A stretch of 54,608 nt of DNA. It comes from Armatimonadia bacterium (lineage in GTDB: Bacteria; Armatimonadota; Zipacnadia; Zipacnadales; UBA11051). Below the pieces are notes generated by a model that was not told where the DNA came from, did not search any database, and was given only the letters and a program-made list of their open reading frames with translations. The position numbers and the translations under genes are program-made. Where the stretch lies: positions 1-54,608 of the forward strand of contig JBDKRC010000110.1 in the NCBI GenBank assembly GCA_039683575.1. The letters are read 5' to 3'. Every line of letters begins with the position of its first letter. Position 1 is the stretch's first letter. Below are positions 37,504 to 46,664 of the stretch, in pieces.

Positions 37504-38629
37504 ATGATGCAGGAATTGACGCAACGCATTGTTGAAAGTCTATCGAAGCTGAGCGAAATGGGGGATCGTCTTTGACCTGGCCGGCAAGCGGCAGGAACTG
37601 ATGGCACTACAGGAAGTCACTCAGCAAGACGGCTTTTGGGACAATCCGGACGAGGCCCAGAAGCACATGCAGAAGGTCTCGCGGGTGGAGGGGTTTCTGG
37701 AGCCCTGGGAAGGCATTATCCACCAGCTTGAAGACCTGAAGGAACTGGCGGAGATGGGCGCGGAGGAAGAGGATGAGGGGCTGGCCAGTGAGATTGAGGC
37801 GGATCTGGAGAAGCTTGAGAAGCAGATAGCGGACCTTGAATTCCAGGCGATCCTGGGCGGCAGGTATGACCAGAGCAATGCCATCATCTCGGTAAACGCC
37901 GGAGCGGGTGGGACGGAGGCTTGCGACTGGGCCGGAATGCTGCTACGGATGTACGAGATGTGGTCCAACAGCCACAAGTACGGGTTCGAACTGCTCTCGT
38001 TCGTGCCCGGCGAGGCAGCCGGTTATAGCAGCGTCACGGCGCGCGTGGTCGGTCACCTGGCCTACGGGTATCTCAAGGCTGAGGCGGGTGTGCACCGGCT
38101 GGTGCGGATGTCGCCCTTCGACTCCGCCAAACGGCGGCACACGAGCTTCGCCTCCGTGGACGTGATCCCGGAGATCGGTGAGGAAGTTGAGATTGACATA
38201 CCGCCGGACGACCTGCGCGTAGATACCTACCGTTCGAGCGGGGCAGGTGGTCAGCACGTTAATAAGACCGACTCAGCGGTAAGAATCACACATATTCCCA
38301 CCGGAATAGTGGTATCATGCCAAAATGAACGTTCGCAAGGTGCGAACCGGCGCACCGCGATGTCGGTCTTGAGAGCGAAGCTGTTTGAACTGGAGCGCCA
38401 GAAGCGCCGGCAGCAATTGGCGGCGCTACGGGGCGAGCATTCCAAAATTGACTTCGGAAGCCAGATACGGTCCTATGTGATGCAGCCGTATACAATGGTA
38501 AAGGATCACCGCACCGGCGCTGAGACCGCTAACGTACAGGCGGTGCTGGACGGCGACCTGGATCAGTTGATCCGGGCGTACCTGCAATCGCAGGTGGGAG
38601 AGAGTGGTGAGTCAGATGACGAGACTTAA
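37504..38629 (+). CDS. prfB: Peptide chain release factor 2 with programmed +1 frameshift
   Basis: ATG 37504 reads 23 codons to CTT-TGA-C (37570-37576) with an SD-like GGGG just upstream; the +1 frame carries the SPF and GGQ motifs; follows secA. Confidence 0.97.
37559..37576 (+). other. prfB autoregulatory frameshift site
   Basis: TGGGGGATCGTCTTTGAC. Confidence 0.93.
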
Positions 38630-39287
38630 GGCTACTTTGCTGGGGTCCGGCCTGGTCGTGGCGGTCGGCGTGGTGGCTGCAGTGCTAATCTGGCCTCGGC
38701 CCGTGCAGGCGCAGGGGCAGGCGGCAACGCCCCTCATGACGGCAGTCTGCGACTGCCAGGAGAGCAGCTTCGGCGATCTGGCCGCGGATGCAGTCCGCGC
38801 CGCCGGCAACGCCGACATCGGCCTCGTGGCTGCAATCAGCTTCCGCGGCGGGACACTGGCGCCCGGCCCCATCACGGTAGATCGTGTGACGGCGCTGTTG
38901 GCCAATCCGAATGAGAGCTGGGCTGTATCGCGGCTGACCGGGGCGCAGATTCGCGGCGCTCTGGAACACGCTGTGCGCACCGCACCGCTGCCCAACAACT
39001 CGTTCCTGCAGGTGTCGGGGCTCTCGTTCGACTACAGCGCCTCCGCACCGCGTGACCAGCGCGTGAAGGCTGCCCGGGCAGGTCTGGGGGATCTCTCCGA
39101 CGGCGCGACCTATACCGTCGCCATGCCCCTGTCCCTCGCCAAGGGCGGCTCAGGCTTCTTCAAGTTCTTCACCAAGGAAGCCATCTTCAACCAGGGAACC
39201 ACCGGTCTGGCAGAGACGATTGTCGACTACGCAGGCCGTCAGGGCACCGTATCTTACACGGGCGTGGGACGCATCAACGCGCAGTAG
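38616..39287 (+). CDS. Stand-alone 5'-nucleotidase C-terminal domain protein, N-terminally anchored or secreted
   Basis: ESSFGDLAADAVR..DIGLV...LTGAQIRGALE..FLQVSGL..DQRV; no metallophosphoesterase domain. The start could be 38604 or 38616. Confidence 0.8.
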   Translation: MTRLKATLLGSGLVVAVGVVAAVLIWPRPVQAQGQAATPLMTAVCDCQESSFGDLAADAVRAAGNADIGLVAAISFRGGTLAPGPITVDRVTALLANPNESWAVSRLTGAQIRGALEHAVRTAPLPNNSFLQVSGLSFDYSASAPRDQRVKAARAGLGDLSDGATYTVAMPLSLAKGGSGFFKFFTKEAIFNQGTTGLAETIVDYAGRQGTVSYTGVGRINAQ

Positions 39288-39304
39288 TAGCACATAGCCA
39301 AGCT

Positions 39305-39341
39305 AAAAGGCCGCCGGTCATCTGTGACCGGCGGCCTTTTT
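39305..39341. terminator. Bidirectional intrinsic terminator
   Basis: AAAA-GGCCGCCGGTCA-TCTG-TGACCGGCGGCC-TTTTT between convergent genes. Confidence 0.92.
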
Positions 39342-39365
39342 GTACGCAGGCGGTTGGTCCGTAAT

Positions 39366-40319
39366 CTACTTCTCACCCCAGGCCTTGGCCTTTTCCTTGA
39401 GCTGCCGGCTGCACTGCAGACACATGGCCAGCGTCTCCCGGCTCGTCTGCAGGTCACACTGCGGGCCACCCGTGCCGAGGATCTCGTCCAGGAAGCTCTG
39501 GGCGTCCTCCACCTGAGACAGGTCGGGCGGAGGCGTCATCTGCCCGGTCTCTCCACCCTCGCCGACCGTCACCGTCACACTACCCTCACTGTCAAAGCCC
39601 ACCCAGCCGTCGCTGGTGACGATCGTCCCGGCATAGCTGGGGCGGTCTGCAAACCCCATCGCGAACTCCACTGTGCCGACGAGGCCGCCCGGCCACTGCA
39701 TCATGACGACGGCGCACACCTGACCGTCCTTCTCCCCCCCGTGGGCTACGAGGCTTTGTGGCGGACCAAAGAAATCTGTGAACTGGTCAATGAAGTGGAT
39801 GTGCAGGGCGCAGAACATGTCACCCCGTAGCGCCGGGTTCACATACCAGCCCCCTCCGCCGTAGTAGCGGTAGTAGGCTGCCCGAGGCTCACCGAGGCCC
39901 TCCAGAGCCCCTTTCATGGTGAGATGCAGGCTTTCGGCGCGGCAGGTGACGGCGTGGTGCAGGATCAGGCCCTTGCTGCGGGCAAGCGCCACAAGCTCGT
40001 CGTATTGTTCGAGTGTCTGGGTCAGGGGATACTCGCAGTGGACGTGCTTCCCGGCCTGCAGGGCGCGCAGGACATGGTCGTAGTGGAGGGTGTTCGGAAC
40101 GCTGATGGCGACGGCCTGAATGCGGGGGTCGCTGTAGATCTCATCCGCATGAGCCACGAGCGAGATCGCTTCGTCAGGCACGGCCTCTGCCAGCCTGCGG
40201 ATGTCGCGTGCGCAGGCAGCAATCACCTGGGAGCGAGGATCCTGCTGGAACTGCCGCACGCGGGACTTGCCCATGCCACCGGAGGCGCCAATGACGCCGA
40301 TATTGATGAGGTCATTCAT
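39366..40319 (-). CDS. Gfo/Idh/MocA oxidoreductase (biliverdin-reductase-like)
   Basis: GVIGASGGMG, GKHVHCEYP, HIHFID; GGAGA RBS upstream of ATG 40319. Confidence 0.85.
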   Translation of the reverse strand: MNDLINIGVIGASGGMGKSRVRQFQQDPRSQVIAACARDIRRLAEAVPDEAISLVAHADEIYSDPRIQAVAISVPNTLHYDHVLRALQAGKHVHCEYPLTQTLEQYDELVALARSKGLILHHAVTCRAESLHLTMKGALEGLGEPRAAYYRYYGGGGWYVNPALRGDMFCALHIHFIDQFTDFFGPPQSLVAHGGEKDGQVCAVVMMQWPGGLVGTVEFAMGFADRPSYAGTIVTSDGWVGFDSEGSVTVTVGEGGETGQMTPPPDLSQVEDAQSFLDEILGTGGPQCDLQTSRETLAMCLQCSRQLKEKAKAWGEK

Positions 40320-40449
40320 GCTTGGTCTCTCCTTTGCCATCAATCACCAGGACGCTGGAATCTTCTTTCTGGTTGGGCGTCTCCCCTTCTATCGTCGGAT
40401 GGCAACCATTGACTACACACAATCCATATTTGTCATATATAATTACGCT

Positions 40450-40575
40450 AATCTTAATGATTGAGTGCAGGATGGAGAGGGTACAATTCCGGCGCATGCA
40501 ATGATCTTCGGGTCATTACATGCCGGACCAGCCGATGCGACCACCCCCCGGGACGCGTGCTGGTCCGTTTTTTTC
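40450..40575 (+). ncRNA. Candidate structured RNA or attenuator
   Basis: AT-rich segment with TATAAT (40438-40443), then a long stem closed by cUUCGg (40489-40526), then a terminator with a 7-T tail. Confidence 0.4.
40524..40574 (+). terminator. Intrinsic terminator upstream of a Gfo/Idh/MocA gene
   Basis: CGGACCAGC...GCTGGTCCG-TTTTTTT. Confidence 0.7.
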
Positions 40576-40685
40576 TGCGTCTCCCGCCACCCCCCTGCAC
40601 AGGCAAGCCGCAAGGTGCCGTCTCCTCCGGCGACGAAGTCCCCCATCACGCGCACGCGCGCGCCGACAGACTTACTTGGGAAGGT

Positions 40686-41795
40686 GTGATTCCCCTGGAC
40701 CATTTGAGATTTGGTGTCGTGGGTGCGGCACAACGCGGAGCCAGCTTCTTCAGCGCCATAACAACGAATCCCCGGGCGCGGTTACAGGCGCTTTGTGATC
40801 TGGATGAGCCGGGGCTGCAAAAGACGGCAGCCGAGGCCGGCGTCTCGAGGACCTACACGGAGTATGAGCGCCTGTTGGACGAGGGCGAGATCGACGCGGT
40901 GGTGATCGGCACGCCGATGCCTCTGCATGCCTCGCAGGCCATGATGGCCCTGGAGCGTGGCATACACGTCCTGTCGGAGGTGCCCGCCTGTGTGAGCATG
41001 CAGGAGGCGCAGGGGCTGGTTGCAGCCTGCAAGCGCAGCCGCGCCACCTATATGATGGCGGAGAACTACTGCTACATGCGGCCCAACACGCTGGTGAAGG
41101 CCATCGCGCGGGCCGGGTTGTTCGGCCAGATGTACTTCGCCGAGGGCGAGTACCTCCACGAACTCAAGGAGCTCAACGAGGTCACGAAGTGGCGGCGGAG
41201 GTGGCAGACCGGGGTCAACGGCTGCACCTATCCGACGCACAGCCTCGGTCCGGTGCTGCAGTGGTTGGACGAGCGCGTGGTTAGCGTGTTGTGCACTGGG
41301 ACCGGGCACCACTACCGAGACCCCCGAGGGGACGAGTACGAGAATGAGGACAGTACCACCATGCTGTGCCGCACCAGTGGCGGCGGGTTGGTCCAGATAC
41401 GCCTGGATATGCTGTCAAACCGGCCGCACAACATGACCTACTACTCGCTGCAGGGCACTACGGGGTGCTATGAGGCGGCGCGTGGTCTGGGGGATCAGCC
41501 GAAGATTTGGCTGGCCGACCGTTGCGAGAAGCTGGAGTGGATGCCGCTGGAGGATCTGGCCGAGGAGTTCCTGCCGGAGGAATGGCTGCGTCCCTCGGAG
41601 GCGCAGCTTCAAGCCGGCCACGGCGGCGGCGATTACCTTGAGGTGCAGGACTTCATCAGCGCGGTGCTGGACGGGGTGCCACCACCTGTCGGGATTCACG
41701 AGGCGCTGGATATGACAATGCCTGGGCTGATGAGCCAGCAGTCCATCGCGCAGGGCGGAACCTGGGTGGAGGTGCCGGACTCACGAGCGTGGTAG
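40686..41795 (+). CDS. Gfo/Idh/MocA oxidoreductase (GH109-like subgroup)
   Basis: FGVVGA, HVLSEVP, MMAENY, YPTHSLGP, AGHGGGDY; probable GTG start at 40686. Confidence 0.85.
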   Translation: MIPLDHLRFGVVGAAQRGASFFSAITTNPRARLQALCDLDEPGLQKTAAEAGVSRTYTEYERLLDEGEIDAVVIGTPMPLHASQAMMALERGIHVLSEVPACVSMQEAQGLVAACKRSRATYMMAENYCYMRPNTLVKAIARAGLFGQMYFAEGEYLHELKELNEVTKWRRRWQTGVNGCTYPTHSLGPVLQWLDERVVSVLCTGTGHHYRDPRGDEYENEDSTTMLCRTSGGGLVQIRLDMLSNRPHNMTYYSLQGTTGCYEAARGLGDQPKIWLADRCEKLEWMPLEDLAEEFLPEEWLRPSEAQLQAGHGGGDYLEVQDFISAVLDGVPPPVGIHEALDMTMPGLMSQQSIAQGGTWVEVPDSRAW

Positions 41796-41878
41796 TGGCC
41801 TGCTAGTCATCCGCCCAGGGACCAGCTCCTCCGCCGCCTCCGGCAGGTCTCCGCGGCCCTGGCGTCGAAGCTTCTGTC

Positions 41879-42223
41879 ATGCGAAAAGCCGCGCCGCTCA
41901 TCCGCCATCGTGACAGTATCACCCCGCGCAGCGTCCCCTGCGGCGAGAGCCGGAGGCTCATCACCCGCTTCGATACGCCAAACCTCGGCCTGCACGTGAC
42001 CCACATCACCTCCGGAGACCTGCACTACCACCGTCAGACCGAGGAGATCTACTACATTGTGACGGGGCAAGGGACGCTGGAGCTGGATGGAGAGCAGGTG
42101 GCGGTGAGCCCCGGAACCACAGTGTACATACCGCCTGGCGTCAGGCACCGGGGCTCGGGGGACTTTGAGGCGATTATCGTGACGTCGCCGGCCTTCGACC
42201 CGGACGACGAAGTCCTGGTGTGA
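41879..42223 (+). CDS. Cupin domain protein
   Basis: HYH...EEIYYIVTGQG...PG..VYIPPGVRH. Confidence 0.88.
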   Translation: MRKAAPLIRHRDSITPRSVPCGESRRLITRFDTPNLGLHVTHITSGDLHYHRQTEEIYYIVTGQGTLELDGEQVAVSPGTTVYIPPGVRHRGSGDFEAIIVTSPAFDPDDEVLV

Positions 42224-42525
42224 AAGGCCGGGCGAGCGGCTAGACTCTTCGGAAGATGAACATGTTGTTGAACCATGGTGGGCCCTGTGCCGTCCCCAAG
42301 CGTGGTTCTGGCCCCCAGAGGCCGCAGCGGGGAACAGGAAGCTGCTGTAGTTGTGGAACCTTTTGGGGGCCCTGTTGGTCACATCAACAACCTGGGAAGC
42401 TGCCTGACGCCTGCATACCGCGCTAGCGTGACTGCGGGCCTCTGTGATTCTATTGCCTGTAGCCGTCACGTCCTGGCGATCATTTTGCCATCCGGAACAC
42501 CCCGTCCATCACCTGAGGTGAGATC

Positions 42526-45500
42526 ATGCGTCTTGGTAGGTTATCCTTTTGCGCCCTCATGCTGCTCTTCATTGCCGCCGCAGCCATGGCCCAGACCGCA
42601 CCCAGGCCACCGCGCAGCGTCACACTGATCAACCCCAGCGGTGATGATGGCACCACGATGCAGATGACCTGGATCCGGTCGCTGGATGAGGTCCCCTCGG
42701 GTATCGTCAAGCAGTACTGGCTCTACCTGTGGGATGCAGGCACCACGACCGTGGTGGCGAAGATCACCGCGACGAAGGCCTGGACCTACTCCTATACCTA
42801 CACCGGCTTGACCCCAGGCAAGAAGTACTACTTCAAGATTCGAGCCTACGACGGCGCCAGTTTCTCCTCGTTTGCGAGCTTCCAGGCGGACTCCCTCCCA
42901 CCGGGCCCCCCGCAGAACGTTAAGGTCGAAGACGTGCCCGGCGACAACGGGACTGCGCTCAAGATCTCCTTCGACCGCTCGGCGGATGACGGGATCGGCA
43001 GCAACGACGTTACCGAGTATCGCATCTACAAGCTCGTCTCTAGCGGCTACATCCTCATGAACACGGTAGCCGCCACTGATTCTGCCTCATACAGCATCAC
43101 CAAGACCGTGACGGCCGGTTCCCGCCTGAGCATCAAGGTCGCCGCCTTCGACGGCTACCAGGAATCGTCTTCCGTCTGGGCGACAGGCGCCACGGTCGAT
43201 AACGTGGCACCGCGGCCGGCGCGCTACCTGAAGCTCGTCAACCCCACCACTGACAGCGGCGGGACGATGGAGCTGCAGTGGACACGGTCGCTTGATGATG
43301 TCTCCACTGGCGACGTCAAAGAGTATTGGCTGTACCTGTGGTACGGTGGCACCACGACCCTGGCGGCGAGGGTGACGGCTACGAAGGCCTGGACCTATTC
43401 CTACACCTACACGGGATTGGTGCCGGGGCGGAAATACTACTTCAAGATTCGCGCCTGGGATGGCACCAACTTCTCCACCTGGGGGAGCGTGGCCGGCGAC
43501 TCGATGCCCCCCGGGGCGCCACAGAACGTCAAGGTCACCGATGTGCCCAACGACAACGGCACCGCGTTGACGATCTCCTTTGACCGCTCGTCAGACGACG
43601 GCATCGGCTCTAATGATGTGACCGAGTACCGCATCTACAAGCTGGGCTCGTCCGCCTACCTCCTGATGCAGACGGTCCCCGCAACCGATGCCGCCTCCTA
43701 TTCGATAACCAAGACAGTCAGCCGCAGCTCGCGTATGAGCATCAAGGTAGCGGCCTTCGATGGCTATCAGGAGTCGGCGGCCATCTGGGCCAGCGGCGCC
43801 GCTGTGAACAACCTGCCGCCTGGCCCGCCGCAGAATGTCAGGTTGGTCAACCCCACCACCGACGCCGGTGATACCATGCAGATGCGGTGGGCCCCGTCGG
43901 TGGATGACAAAGTTGGCGGCGACGTGGCCGAATACTGGCTCTACCTGTGGTACGGTGGCACCACTACACTCGTGACCAAGGTCACCGCCAAGCAGGCTAC
44001 GAGCTACTCCTACACCTACAAGAACCTCGTCCCCGGGCGGCGGTACTACTTCCAGATCCGGGCCTGGGATGGCACCAACCTCTCCACCATCGTGAGCATC
44101 GTCGCCGACTCGCTCCCGCCGGGGCCGCCGCAGAACGTCCAGGTAGTGGACGTCCCGAACGATGACGGTGGCGTGCTGCAGGTGAAGTTCGGCCGCTCGG
44201 CCGACGACGGCATCGGCTTCGACGATGTGAAGGAATATCGCATCTACCAGCAGTCGAGCACCGGCACCTACAGCCTGCTCGCGACCGTCACGGCGACCAA
44301 CGCCAGTTCGTACACCTATACCGTGAGCGGCCTGGCGACAACCGCTACACTGAACGTGAAGGTCACCGCCTTTGACGGCTACCAGGAATCCACCGGAGTA
44401 ACGGCCTCAGGTACGTCCGCGGACAACACCGCACCGCGGCCGGCACGCAACCTTACGGTCGAGGACTACCCCGGCGATGATGGCACCTCGCTGGTCATCA
44501 AGTTCGACGCCTCCCTGGATGACACGACGGCTGATCGCGAAGTCACGCGCTATGACATCTACCGCGCGGGCAGTGCCACCGGCACCGGCGCCGTGGTCAA
44601 GGCCATCACGGCGACGCGTGTCAGCCGTTACGAATGGCGCAATACCGGCCTGACCGCCGGCACCAACTACTGGTACTGGGTCGTGGCCGTGGCCGGCACC
44701 GGAGAAACGGCCACCGCCAAGGTAGTGGCCAAGCCGCTGGACCAGCGGTCAGTGAGCCCGCCGACCGGTCTGACCGCCGCGGACCGCCCGTATGACAACG
44801 GTGGGGTGATCGATCTACAGTGGAGCCGCTCCGCCGACGACGGCGCGGGGTACAACCATGTGATCAAGTACAACATCTACCGGAGAATGGCCAATGTGGT
44901 GACACCGCCCGATCTCATCGCCACGGTGACCGCTACTGGTGCCGCCACTTACACGTGGGCCGATACGGCCGTTCCAATGGAGTTGATCCTCTACGACTAC
45001 ACCGTGACGGCTGCGTCCGGCAGCGTCGAATCCAGCGCCGCGGGCCCGGCACGCGCCGCTTCTGAGAACAATAACGTGGTGGTGTTCAACCCGCCGACCA
45101 ATCTCACGGCAGTTGACCGGCCCGGAGACTCCGGTGGCTGCATCACCCTCACCTGGACCCGCTCGACCAGCGAGGATGAGATTGGCCCGCCTCCGCCGCC
45201 GCCGAGCATCTTCTCGACTGGTGTGAATACGCAGGGCACCTATGGCGGCCAGTATGAGTTCTACCGCCGAACTGCGAGTGGCTCCTACAGCACCCAGCCG
45301 ACCTTTGTAGTGGACGAGTCCGTAAGCGGCAACCCCATGACCTACGCCAATACGGGGCTGACCAATGGCGTGAGGTACTACTACAAGGTACGCTACCGCC
45401 GGTACAGCCAAATCTCCGAGTTCACTGCCGAAGCAAGTGCCATCCCGGCAGTCGGCGGCACGAGCACAGCCTCGGCGGGCGCCACTGATAGCACCTCGGA

Positions 45501-45861
45501 AGTGGCCCCGGCCCAGGATGACAACTCGTCGGCCTCCGCCCCCGCGGCCGATGGTGCCCAGGGCGCCATCTCCGTGTCGCTCAGTGGCGCAGGGACCCAA
45601 TGCGTCGCCGGACAGAACCTGGCCGTGAAGGCGCAGGTCAACTGGAAGGGCTCCGCCACTACGTACCTCGAGTACACGATCAACGGCGGAACGATCATGC
45701 GCACGGCGGCCACGTCCGGCACCAACGCCTTCTCTGCCGGCTTCACGCTGCCCACGGAGACGTTGACTGCAGGCACAGTTGTGCAGGTACGCGCCGTAGC
45801 AACCGGCGGCGGCCTGACCGCCTGGTCGGGCACCTCGACGGTAACCATCGCCGCCAAGTAG
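42526..45861 (+). CDS. Secreted fibronectin type III repeat protein
   Basis: Signal peptide; about 9 FN3 units (W/F.RS.DD...Y...Y...GL.PG..YYF.I.A); GAGGTG RBS. Confidence 0.88.
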   Translation: MRLGRLSFCALMLLFIAAAAMAQTAPRPPRSVTLINPSGDDGTTMQMTWIRSLDEVPSGIVKQYWLYLWDAGTTTVVAKITATKAWTYSYTYTGLTPGKKYYFKIRAYDGASFSSFASFQADSLPPGPPQNVKVEDVPGDNGTALKISFDRSADDGIGSNDVTEYRIYKLVSSGYILMNTVAATDSASYSITKTVTAGSRLSIKVAAFDGYQESSSVWATGATVDNVAPRPARYLKLVNPTTDSGGTMELQWTRSLDDVSTGDVKEYWLYLWYGGTTTLAARVTATKAWTYSYTYTGLVPGRKYYFKIRAWDGTNFSTWGSVAGDSMPPGAPQNVKVTDVPNDNGTALTISFDRSSDDGIGSNDVTEYRIYKLGSSAYLLMQTVPATDAASYSITKTVSRSSRMSIKVAAFDGYQESAAIWASGAAVNNLPPGPPQNVRLVNPTTDAGDTMQMRWAPSVDDKVGGDVAEYWLYLWYGGTTTLVTKVTAKQATSYSYTYKNLVPGRRYYFQIRAWDGTNLSTIVSIVADSLPPGPPQNVQVVDVPNDDGGVLQVKFGRSADDGIGFDDVKEYRIYQQSSTGTYSLLATVTATNASSYTYTVSGLATTATLNVKVTAFDGYQESTGVTASGTSADNTAPRPARNLTVEDYPGDDGTSLVIKFDASLDDTTADREVTRYDIYRAGSATGTGAVVKAITATRVSRYEWRNTGLTAGTNYWYWVVAVAGTGETATAKVVAKPLDQRSVSPPTGLTAADRPYDNGGVIDLQWSRSADDGAGYNHVIKYNIYRRMANVVTPPDLIATVTATGAATYTWADTAVPMELILYDYTVTAASGSVESSAAGPARAASENNNVVVFNPPTNLTAVDRPGDSGGCITLTWTRSTSEDEIGPPPPPPSIFSTGVNTQGTYGGQYEFYRRTASGSYSTQPTFVVDESVSGNPMTYANTGLTNGVRYYYKVRYRRYSQISEFTAEASAIPAVGGTSTASAGATDSTSEVAPAQDDNSSASAPAADGAQGAISVSLSGAGTQCVAGQNLAVKAQVNWKGSATTYLEYTINGGTIMRTAATSGTNAFSAGFTLPTETLTAGTVVQVRAVATGGGLTAWSGTSTVTIAAK

Positions 45862-45887
45862 CCACGCGACAGACGCAGACATACGAC

Positions 45888-45918
45888 AAAGGGGCAGCCA
45901 CTCGTGGCTGCCCCTTTT
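45888..45918. terminator. Intrinsic terminator, probably bidirectional
   Basis: AAA-GGGGCAGCCA-CTCG-TGGCTGCCCC-TTTT. Confidence 0.9.
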
Positions 45919-45961
45919 GCATGCGGTGATGGGACAGACGGATTGGAAGCCATTCCAAAAC

Positions 45962-46016
45962 CCGTGGGAGGCATCTCCAGAGCCCGGCATTCGCGGTCTG
46001 GAGACCGCTCCCACGG
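45962..46016. repeat. Inverted REP doublet (REPIN-like), related to family A, GTGG variant
   Basis: CCGTGGGAG...CGCGGTC-TGGA-GACCGCTCCCACGG. Confidence 0.75.
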
Positions 46017-46041
46017 TGCCAGAAGGGCATCGAAACAGCTT

Positions 46042-46467
46042 CTAGACCAGTTTGGCCTCCATCGTGATCTCGGCCTTAAGGAGCCGCGATATCGGGCAGT
46101 TCTGCTTGGCCTCGTTCGCCGCCTTCATGAAATCCTGTTCACTCGCCTCCGGCACCTTGGCCGTCACCTCAAGATGGCTGTGGGTGACCGTCGGGGCGCC
46201 ATCCACGGGCTTCATCGTGATTGCCGCCGTGACGCTGATCTGTTCCGGCACATAGCCGGCCTCGCCCAGCACCCCTGAAAGGGCCATGGCGAAACAGCCC
46301 GCATGAGCGGCGCCGATAAGCTCCTCGGGATTGCTCAGAATCCCCTCCTCGAAGCGGCTGCGAAAGTCGTACTTGGTGTCCTTCAACGCCCCGCTTGCTG
46401 TTGAAAGCGTGCCCGTGCCCTTCTTCAGATCTCCCCGCCATACCGCCGATGCTTTGCGCTCCATCAT
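46042..46467 (-). CDS. osmC: OsmC-family peroxiredoxin
   Basis: NPEELIGAAHAGCFAMALS and CPISR; AAGGAG RBS. Confidence 0.92.
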   Translation of the reverse strand: MMERKASAVWRGDLKKGTGTLSTASGALKDTKYDFRSRFEEGILSNPEELIGAAHAGCFAMALSGVLGEAGYVPEQISVTAAITMKPVDGAPTVTHSHLEVTAKVPEASEQDFMKAANEAKQNCPISRLLKAEITMEAKLV

Positions 46468-46664
46468 CCACTCCTTGGGCTGCTTGATAGCCACCTGGCG
46501 TTTCGGCCAGAGGCATTGTGCAATTTACCTAACCATGCTACGCATTATCAAGAGGAAGTGCAAGAAGAAGAAGTTGCTGCTACCCTTGGGTCTGACGACG
46601 GGGCGAAGGAAATGTTGTGCGCAGTTGGGAACCTTTCCCTCACTCGAACCTCAAGAGGGGTACT

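Noticed and set aside
42230..42520. c-di-GMP riboswitch upstream of the FN3 gene
   Set aside because: I could not find the GGCAAAC...GACGCAAAG core or a convincing terminator
42526..44440. Diversity-generating retroelement template/variable repeat pair
   Set aside because: Differences between repeats are not adenine-specific and no reverse transcriptase is present
46544..46620. SAM-I riboswitch suggested by TTATCAAGAG
   Set aside because: The downstream GGAGGGA..GGCCC and GCAACC core elements are absent
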